A stretch of 64,000 bases of DNA from an uncultured delta proteobacterium (GTDB lineage Bacteria; Myxococcota; Kuafuiibacteriia; Kuafuiibacteriales; Kuafuiibacteriaceae), in contig CAWDML010000002.1 of the NCBI GenBank assembly GCA_963803435.1, positions 192,001 to 256,000 on the forward strand. Direction: 5' to 3'. Position numbers and translations under genes: made by a program. Below the pieces are notes generated by a model. It saw only the letters and a list, made by a program, of their open reading frames with translations, did no database searches and was not told the DNA's origin. The first letter of the stretch is position 1; each line of letters starts with the position of its first letter. Below, piece by piece: positions 56,898 to 64,000 of this stretch.

Positions 56898-59220
56898 GCT
56901 CGAGACCCTTCCCGTACTTCCGCTGCGAACCGGCGCGCTCTTCCCCTATGCCGTCATGCCGGTCACCGTGGGTCGACCGCACTCCGAGAGCGCCGTGGAG
57001 TCGGCGCTCGCCAGCGAGGAGAAGATGCTCTTCGTGGTGGGCATGAAGGACGCGCAGGTCGAGATCCCCAGCGAGGGCGACCTTCACACCGTTGGGACGA
57101 TCGCCGTGATCACCCAGATGAAGCGGCTCGACGGCGCGGCGATTCAGCTCATCATCAGCGGTGTGGAGCGCGCCGAGATCGAGTCCATCCGGTCGACCGA
57201 GCCTCACCTGGTCGCCCGCGTCCGTCGCACGCCGCTCACTGCCGAGGATGGCGCCGACGTCGAGGGTCTGGGCCGCGCGGTGATCGGGCTGGCGCAGCGC
57301 GCCGCTCGGCTCGCCGATCCGAACGGCCGGATCGATCTGGAGGCGATGGTCGGCCGCGAGGCGGAGCCCGGGAAGATCGCGTTCTTCGTCGCCTCGCTGT
57401 TCGGGCTGAGCGGCGAGCAGGCGCAGCAGATCCTTCAGGCGCCGAGCGCGCGGGCGGCCCTCGAGAGCCTGCGAGAGCTGATCGGTCACGAGATCGCCGT
57501 GCTCGAGGTGAAGGAGTCGATCACCAAGCGCACGGCCAGCGAGCTCTCCGAACAGCAGCGGGAGCACATCCTGAGGCAGCAGCTCCGCACCATCCAGGCC
57601 GAGCTCGGCGAGGACGATCCGGAGAAGGCCGAGCTGGCGCTGATCGAGCAGCGGATCCGCGAGGCCGATCTGCCCGAGCAGGCCCGCGAAGAGGTCGGCA
57701 AGGAGATGGAACGGATGCGCCGGCTGCCCGCGATCTCGCAGGAGTATCACGTCATTCGCTCGCGCATCGAGCTGATCCTCGACCTTCCCTGGAGGAAGAC
57801 CACCGCTCATGAGATCGACATCGCGGCAGCGCGCGTGATCCTCGACGAGGACCACCACGATCTCGAGGATGTGAAGGAGCGGATCCTGGAGCACCTGGCG
57901 GTGCTGAGCCTGAACCCGTCGGCGAAGGCGCCGATCGTCTGCTTCGTCGGGCCTCCCGGCGTCGGCAAGACCTCGGTCGGCCGCTCGATCGCACGCGCGC
58001 TGGGTCGAACCTTCGAGCGCTTGAGCCTGGGCGGCCTCCACGACGAGGCGGAGCTGCGCGGTCACCGGCGTACGTACATCGGCGCGATGCCGGGACGCAT
58101 CATCCAGGCGATCCGGGCGGCTGGTACCTGCGACCCGGTCCTAATGCTGGACGAGGTCGACAAGCTGGGGCGGGACTTCCGCGGTGATCCGGCGGCGGCG
58201 CTCCTCGAGATCCTCGACCCCGAGCAGCACGACAGCTTCCACGACAACTATCTCGATCTCCCGTTCGATCTGTCGAAGGTCTTCTTCCTGACCACCGCCA
58301 ACACGCTCGACAGCATCCCGAGCCCGCTGCTCGATCGGATGGAGATCATCCACCTCCCCGGATACACGGATGAGGATAAGCGCGCGATCGCGGAGCGTTT
58401 CCTGATCCCACGACAGCGGGCCCAGGCAGGCCTGTCACCGGAGCAGCTCGCGATCGATCCGACCGTCATCGGCGAGCTGGTCGCGCACTACACGCGCGAG
58501 GCCGGCGTGCGCCAGCTCGAGCAGCGGATCGGATCCCTGGCGCGCAAGGTGGCGCTCCGGATCGCCGAGCACCGTCCCTCCGTCCACCTCGGCGTGGAGG
58601 ACCTGCCGGAGCTCCTGGGGCCCGCGCCGTACGCACGTGAGCGCTGGCGCAGTTCGATGCCGGCGGGCGTGGCGCCGGGAATGGCCTGGACCGAAGCGGG
58701 CGGCGACATCCTCTATGTAGAGGCGACGCTGCTCCCCGAGAGCCGCGGTCTGGTGCTGACCGGGCACCTCGGCGAGGTCATGAAGGAGTCGGCGCAGGCG
58801 GCGCTGAGCTACCTCTGGTCCAACGCGCAGGCCCTCGGGATCGATCCCCAGCGTCTCGAGCGCTCGGGCATCCACGTGCACGTGCCGGCGGGTGCGACGC
58901 CGAAGGACGGACCGTCGGCCGGCGTCACCATGGCGACGGCGATCGCGTCGTTGATCACCGGCGTCCCGGTCCGAACCGATACCGCGATGACCGGCGAGGT
59001 CACGCTGACCGGGTTGGTGCTTCGCGTCGGTGGGATCCGCGAGAAGGTCCTGGCGGCGTCTCGCCTCGGTATCCGGCGCGTGATCCTCCCGCAGGAGAAC
59101 TCCGTCGATCTACCCGAGCTCCCCGAAGAGGTGCGCCGGCAGACCGAGTTCGTGCTGGTCTCGTCGGTCGATCAAGTCCTGCAGGCCGCGCTGACTCCAG
59201 CCGACCGCGCGGCGGCCTGA
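56890..59220 (+). CDS. lon: ATP-dependent Lon protease
   Basis: GPPGVGKTS, RGHRRTYIGAMPG, DEVDK, PKDGPSAG, TGEVTLTG. Confidence 0.96.
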   Translation: MAELETLPVLPLRTGALFPYAVMPVTVGRPHSESAVESALASEEKMLFVVGMKDAQVEIPSEGDLHTVGTIAVITQMKRLDGAAIQLIISGVERAEIESIRSTEPHLVARVRRTPLTAEDGADVEGLGRAVIGLAQRAARLADPNGRIDLEAMVGREAEPGKIAFFVASLFGLSGEQAQQILQAPSARAALESLRELIGHEIAVLEVKESITKRTASELSEQQREHILRQQLRTIQAELGEDDPEKAELALIEQRIREADLPEQAREEVGKEMERMRRLPAISQEYHVIRSRIELILDLPWRKTTAHEIDIAAARVILDEDHHDLEDVKERILEHLAVLSLNPSAKAPIVCFVGPPGVGKTSVGRSIARALGRTFERLSLGGLHDEAELRGHRRTYIGAMPGRIIQAIRAAGTCDPVLMLDEVDKLGRDFRGDPAAALLEILDPEQHDSFHDNYLDLPFDLSKVFFLTTANTLDSIPSPLLDRMEIIHLPGYTDEDKRAIAERFLIPRQRAQAGLSPEQLAIDPTVIGELVAHYTREAGVRQLEQRIGSLARKVALRIAEHRPSVHLGVEDLPELLGPAPYARERWRSSMPAGVAPGMAWTEAGGDILYVEATLLPESRGLVLTGHLGEVMKESAQAALSYLWSNAQALGIDPQRLERSGIHVHVPAGATPKDGPSAGVTMATAIASLITGVPVRTDTAMTGEVTLTGLVLRVGGIREKVLAASRLGIRRVILPQENSVDLPELPEEVRRQTEFVLVSSVDQVLQAALTPADRAAA

Positions 59221-59226
59221 GCCTCG

Positions 59227-60876
59227 TCAGACGAGCCCGACGATGTTCCCGTCGACGAGATTGATCCGCTCGGCGGCGGGCCGCTTGGGGAGCCCAGGCA
59301 TCCGCAGGATCTCTCCGGTGAGCACGACCAGGAATCCGGCGCCGGAGTTGATCCGGATGTTGCGGACGGTGATGTCGAAGTCGGTGGGACGCCCGGCGAG
59401 CTTGGGGTTGTCGGAGAGCGAGCTCTGCGTCTTGGCGATGCAGACCGGGAGGTTCTGGTAGCCGAGGCGAGTGATGTCCTGGAGATCGGCCTCCGCGGTC
59501 TTTGCGTAGACCACACCGCGCGCTCCGTACATCTTCGAGGCGACCGCGAGGATCTTGTCCCGGACCGGCGCCTCGAGCTCGTACAGCGGCGTCAGCGGAC
59601 CGGGCTCCTGATCGGCGTGCGCCATCACCGTGCGCGCCAGCTCCTCGGCACCCTCGCCGCCCCGGGCGTAGTGGTCGGAGAGCGCGAACGGCGCCGACAG
59701 CCTCCGGCACGCCGCCCGGACCACCTCGATCTCCTCGGCGGTGTCGGCGTGAAAGCGGTTGAGCACGACCACCGGGGTCCCGCCGAACATCCGGATGCTC
59801 TCCACGTGCTTGATCAGGTTCGGCAGGCCGCGCTGCACCGCCTCGGCGTCCGCTGCCTCGAGGTCGGCTGCGGAGTGGCCGCCGTGCATCTTGAGCGCAC
59901 GGACGGTGGCCACCAGCACCACGGCGGCCGTATTGAGGCCGGCGGACCGCAGCTTGATGTCGTAGAACTTCTCGGCGCCCAGGTCGAAGCCGAAGCCGGC
60001 CTCGGTCACCGTCCAGTCGGCGAAGTGCATCGCCGCGCGGGTCGCGATCAGACTGTTGCACCCGTGGGCGATGTTGGCGAACGGCCCGCCGTGGACGAAG
60101 GCCGGCGTGCCCTCGCGCGTCTGCACCAGGTTGGGGTGGATGGCGTCGCGGAGGAGCGCCAGCATCGCGCCGGTGACGCCGACCTGGGCGGCCAGCACCG
60201 GACGCTCGTCCTTGGTGAAGGCGATCAGCGTGCGATCGATGCGGGCTCGGAGGTCGTCGAGGTCGGAGGCGAGACAGAGCATCGCCATCAGCTCGGAGGC
60301 TGCGGTGATGTCGAAGACGGTCTCACGCGGGACGCCGTTCGGCTTGCCGCCGAGACCCATCACCAGGTTGCGCAGCGCGCGGTCGTTCATGTCGAGCACG
60401 CGCGGCCAGAGCACGCGGCGCGGCTCGAGCTGGAGGTCGGACTCGAAGTGGAGGTGATTGTCGATCGCGGCGGCCAGCAGGTTGTGCGCCGAGGTGATGG
60501 CGTGGAAGTCACCGGTGAAGTGGAGGTTGATCCGGTCCGAGGGGATCAGGTGGCTCTTGCCCCCGCCGGTCCCGCCGCCCTTCAAGCCCATGCAGGGGCC
60601 GAGCGACGGCTCCCGCAGCGCGATGCACACCGACTCGCCGAGGCGCGCCAGGCCGTCGCCCAGCCCGATGGTGGTGGTGGTCTTCCCCTCGCCGGCCTTG
60701 GTGGGAGTGATCGCCGAGACCAGCACCAGCCGAGGCCGCCCCGGGCGCGGGCGCGGACCCGAGAGCGCCGACAGATCGACCTTCGCCATCTCGCGGCCGA
60801 AGGGGATGAGGGCGCTGTGGGGGACGCCGAGCGAACCAGCCAGGTCGGTGATCGAGCGCGGCAAGCCGTCCTGCAT
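59227..60876 (-). CDS. fhs: Formate--tetrahydrofolate ligase
   Basis: TPTKAGEGKTTT, INLHFTGDFHAIT, HGGPFANIAHG, TEAGFGFDLGAEKF, MPGLPKRP. Confidence 0.97.
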   Translation of the reverse strand: MQDGLPRSITDLAGSLGVPHSALIPFGREMAKVDLSALSGPRPRPGRPRLVLVSAITPTKAGEGKTTTTIGLGDGLARLGESVCIALREPSLGPCMGLKGGGTGGGKSHLIPSDRINLHFTGDFHAITSAHNLLAAAIDNHLHFESDLQLEPRRVLWPRVLDMNDRALRNLVMGLGGKPNGVPRETVFDITAASELMAMLCLASDLDDLRARIDRTLIAFTKDERPVLAAQVGVTGAMLALLRDAIHPNLVQTREGTPAFVHGGPFANIAHGCNSLIATRAAMHFADWTVTEAGFGFDLGAEKFYDIKLRSAGLNTAAVVLVATVRALKMHGGHSAADLEAADAEAVQRGLPNLIKHVESIRMFGGTPVVVLNRFHADTAEEIEVVRAACRRLSAPFALSDHYARGGEGAEELARTVMAHADQEPGPLTPLYELEAPVRDKILAVASKMYGARGVVYAKTAEADLQDITRLGYQNLPVCIAKTQSSLSDNPKLAGRPTDFDITVRNIRINSGAGFLVVLTGEILRMPGLPKRPAAERINLVDGNIVGLV

Positions 60877-60896
60877 CCGGCGAGCATAGCCGCGGG

Positions 60897-61106
60897 TCAG
60901 TGGCAGCGGAAGCTGGTGTTGGTCGGGGAGGTGCCGCAGCTGCTCTTCCCGCTATAGGGGAGGGTTCTGACGTTGATCCAGTTGACCACCATGCGCCCTC
61001 GATTCGTGCCCGAAGTCCCGTTGGATCCGTGGCTCAGGTGACAGTTCTGGCAGTGGTAGCCGCTGTGGTTGCTCCGATGCTGCGATGAGTTACCGGTCTT
61101 GAACAT
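60897..61106 (-). pseudogene. C-terminal fragment of a c-type cytochrome (or a very small heme protein)
   Basis: CQNCHLSHGS and terminal SC..........CH; no signal peptide. Confidence 0.5.
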
Positions 61107-61176
61107 CGAGGGGTCGGTGCCTTCGCGTTCCCACTCGGCTTCGTCGCGCGAAGCTGGGTCCGAGATGAATCCTTGC

Positions 61177-61899
61177 TCAAGGCGCGATCTTGAGAAGAAT
61201 CCCGACCAGGTAGCCCACCAGCGCGCTGGCGGTACCGATGACCATCATTTCGAGGCCGCTCCTCGACGGCTTTCCCACCGTCAGCTTCGCCTTGTAGGCC
61301 CCCAGCGCGAACAGCACTGCGGCGGAGACGACGATCGAGAGCCAGATGCCCACATCGACCGAGACCAGCATGAAAGGGAGCAGCGGGATCAGCGAGCCGA
61401 CGATGGCCGCGATCCCGACCACGAGGGCGGAGCGGAGCGCGGTGCTGCGGTTGATCGGCGCGAGCTTGTGCTCCTCCACCATCATCAGCGCGACCCATAC
61501 GTCCTTGCTGGCGGTGATGGTCTCGACGATCTGATCCAGGAACGCGCCCTCGAAGCCCTTGTCTCGATAGATCTGCCGGACCTCCTCGCGCTCGAGGTTG
61601 GGCGCGTCGCGCAGGTGCCGGTACTCCCGCGCCCGCTCGCTCTCATAGAGGTCGGCGCGGGCGCGGGTCGAGGTGTACGCGACTGCAGCCATCGACACCG
61701 ACTCCGCGAACGTCGCCGCCAGCCCGGCGACCATCACCACCCGCACGTCCTCGGTCGCCGCCGCCACGCCGAGGATCACGCCGAGGACGTTCACCAGCCC
61801 GTCCTGTCCGCCGAGGATCACGTCGGAGAGCTTCGACTCGGATCGATGGGGATCGCGCTCTTCGTGCTGGATGACCTCCTCCTGGGGGACGTTCTCCAT
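61177..61899 (-). CDS. VIT1/CCC1 family Fe/Mn transporter
   Basis: DVILGGQDGLV, AESVSMAA, EEVRQIY, GSLIPLLPF. Confidence 0.92.
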   Translation of the reverse strand: MENVPQEEVIQHEERDPHRSESKLSDVILGGQDGLVNVLGVILGVAAATEDVRVVMVAGLAATFAESVSMAAVAYTSTRARADLYESERAREYRHLRDAPNLEREEVRQIYRDKGFEGAFLDQIVETITASKDVWVALMMVEEHKLAPINRSTALRSALVVGIAAIVGSLIPLLPFMLVSVDVGIWLSIVVSAAVLFALGAYKAKLTVGKPSRSGLEMMVIGTASALVGYLVGILLKIAP

Positions 61900-62043
61900 G
61901 ACGCGCGACCTTCTCACGATTCTGTGACCTGTGGGCTGGACCCCACAATTGGGTGACGCCTCTGCAGCGCAGGTGTCCCGGCGAATCGCCGAGGGATCGA
62001 GTGGCTCGACCGCGGCACGATCCTTGGAAGCGCTCCAGCCCGG

Positions 62044-62454
62044 ATGACCACGGGCTTTCTCTTGGAGCGCGCGATCCTCGCCGCCCTTTGTCGGGGCACG
62101 ACCGAGCGGTTCGAGCTGCCCGCGCACGCGCTGCCTCGGCTGTGCCGGGTGCGCGACCAGGCGGCCTCGGGCTCGGCCGCGGCCGCCGAGCTCTATCGGG
62201 TGCTCCAGCTGGTGGTCGCGCTGCGCGAGTCGCTCGATTCGCCGACCGCGGCGGCGCGGCTCGAGGTGCTGGCGCACGGCGCGCCGGAGGTCCTCGATCA
62301 GCTGCGGCAGCGCCTCGGTCGCTCCCGATCGATGGACGAGACCCGAAGGTTCCTCAGGAGCGAAGGACGCGAGGTCGCCCTGCGCGCGCCTGGATTGCCC
62401 GAGTCATGGAGGAAGCGCGCACGCGAAGCGGCTCGTGAAGGAGAGGATCGATGA
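62044..62454 (+). CDS. Hypothetical protein, coupled to the next gene
   Basis: 136-aa helical ORF; ATGA overlap with 62451. Confidence 0.6.
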   Translation: MTTGFLLERAILAALCRGTTERFELPAHALPRLCRVRDQAASGSAAAAELYRVLQLVVALRESLDSPTAAARLEVLAHGAPEVLDQLRQRLGRSRSMDETRRFLRSEGREVALRAPGLPESWRKRAREAAREGEDR

Positions 62455-63827
62455 CAGAGGATGTCAGCAGCGTACGCAGCGAACGGATCGACCGGACCAC
62501 ACGCACTCCCGAGAAGACGCTCGACACGAAGGAGGAGGACGCGATCCGCGGCGCCGCCAACGCGGTGCAGCCCACGCAGATCGCGGCGACGCTCGGCGTG
62601 GGCGACGGCTACGAGCCCGGTACCGGCGACCGGAACAAGGTCGCCGGTCCGTCGCCGGTGCAGTCCGCGATGTCGCTCCCCATCGGAGCGTTCGTGGGGA
62701 CGGGCTCGCCGATCTCGTCGTCCGACACGGTGCGCCGGATGGGAGAGCTCGGCGCCCTCGGCAACGGCGCGGCGGCGCGGTTCGATCGGTCTCAGTACTC
62801 GGATCTCAGGACCGACGATCCCGGGGCCCCGTTCACCGGCTCGGGCGCCACCGGCATCAGCCCGACCCGGGGCGCCATCCCCGTCGGCGACCTGGCGGCG
62901 CTCGCGCGCTACGATCAGGGAGAGCGGGACCTGAGGGCGCTGCGGGCTCAGCGCGAGCAGATCGAGCAGGCGGGCTTCAATCGCCCGCCCGGCATCTCGG
63001 ACAGCATGGAGCAGCGCCGGCAGGAGATCGTCAACAATCAACTCCGGCTCAACCGCGGCAACATCGAGATGACCAACCGCGTGATGGATGCGCTCCAGCC
63101 GACGGTCGACAGCTACAAGAACCCGTTGAGCGAGAACCCGGCGGTGAGCGGAGATCCGAAGGATCTCTTCGATGAGCAGACCCGTACGCGCCAGGCCCAG
63201 CTGCTCCTCAACCAGCCGATCAGCACGATCCATGGCGACGCCTACGGTGACCGGATCCCGACGCGCGCGGAGGTGATCAGCGCGGCGGCGGCGAAGTACA
63301 ACCTGGACCCCGCGGTGCTCTCCGGCGTCATCCTCCACGAGCAGCGCGATCAGTCGCAGAAGGAAGACGCGGCGGACTTCGGAGGCGCGACGCTCGCTGG
63401 ACGCGACACCAGCATCGGCCTCGGTCAGATCCTGATGAGTACGGGGACCCGCAACAACGCCGAGCTGCTCTCCGATACGGTCGACCCGGAGACGCGCGCC
63501 AACCTGAGCCGCAACGACGTGGCGCGTCTATTGACCTCGGACGAGCACAACATCTACGCGACGGCGCGGTACCTGCGGAGCGTGGCCGACCAGGGCGCGG
63601 CGGCCGGCTCGGACCCTGCCGCGCTCCCGAACACCCGGCGCGACTTCCCCGGCATCGACTTCAGCCAGTATGCAGGCAGCAACTGGAGCGACGCGAACAT
63701 CCGGGCCATCGCTTCGGAGTACACCTCGCGACCGTGGGACGATCGCAACGTGACTCCGGACGGCTATCCCCAGTTCGTTCTCGACGCGGTCAACGACGTC
63801 CGCCGGTCGGGCGTCTTCAATCGCTGA
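62451..63827 (+). CDS. Protein with a C-terminal lysozyme-like (SLT/goose-type-like) domain and a long low-complexity N-terminus
   Basis: [44 protein letters not shown]. Confidence 0.75.
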   Translation: MTEDVSSVRSERIDRTTRTPEKTLDTKEEDAIRGAANAVQPTQIAATLGVGDGYEPGTGDRNKVAGPSPVQSAMSLPIGAFVGTGSPISSSDTVRRMGELGALGNGAAARFDRSQYSDLRTDDPGAPFTGSGATGISPTRGAIPVGDLAALARYDQGERDLRALRAQREQIEQAGFNRPPGISDSMEQRRQEIVNNQLRLNRGNIEMTNRVMDALQPTVDSYKNPLSENPAVSGDPKDLFDEQTRTRQAQLLLNQPISTIHGDAYGDRIPTRAEVISAAAAKYNLDPAVLSGVILHEQRDQSQKEDAADFGGATLAGRDTSIGLGQILMSTGTRNNAELLSDTVDPETRANLSRNDVARLLTSDEHNIYATARYLRSVADQGAAAGSDPAALPNTRRDFPGIDFSQYAGSNWSDANIRAIASEYTSRPWDDRNVTPDGYPQFVLDAVNDVRRSGVFNR

Positions 63828-64000
63828 CCGCCGTCATCACCACGCGGACCAGCGCGGGGAGGAGCACGAGGCTCACCCCCGTCGAGACCACCAGCCCGCC
63901 GATCACCGCGGCCGCCAGCGGGCGCTGGAGCTCCGCGCCAGCGCCCAGACCCAAGGACAGCGGGAGCAGGCCGGCGATCGTCGCCACGGTCGTCATGAGG
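63817..64000 (-). CDS. C-terminus of an AcrB/CusA-family RND permease (partial)
   Basis: [40 protein letters not shown]...; stop at 63817-63819. Confidence 0.88.
   Translation of the reverse strand, partial: LMTTVATIAGLLPLSLGLGAGAELQRPLAAAVIGGLVVSTGVSLVLLPALVRVVMTAVSD

Overview
High-GC window, probably from a Myxococcota/deltaproteobacterial genome (inferred from gene content). It holds a complete but split type VI secretion system. At 1-16.4 kb are DUF2169/pentapeptide genes, DUF3540, a PAAR-like DUF4150 gene and tssA-B-C-hcp-tagJ-tssE-F-G-clpV-vgrG. At 35.9-41.7 kb, on the opposite strand, are tssJ-K-L-M, next to a VWA/FHA/PP2C module. A probable WHIX-type amidase effector lies just past vgrG. 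The most unusual structure is at 28.35-35.33 kb: two inverted, differently deleted copies of one IS1182-family element. That element carries a four-helix-bundle passenger gene, has about 70-bp terminal inverted repeats built from GGGACC hexamer arrays, and sits in duplicated CTAG sites. The two copies bracket a 4.8-kb block of lytic and secreted genes (lipase plus secreted partner, NHL lipoprotein, phage-tail lysozyme). The rest is stress, regulatory and transport genes (AraC/VOC, Trx, ECF sigma, OYE, pirin, LytS/LytTR, 2x DedA, ABC, MMPL, patatin, Hsp20-Lon, fhs, VIT1), an aaRS-like/MBL fusion and another lysozyme-like protein. Many genes in the first 44 kb are frameshifted, from sequencing indels or from decay. 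No rRNA, tRNA, CRISPR array or reverse transcriptase was seen. All family calls come from motif recognition by eye, not from database searches.
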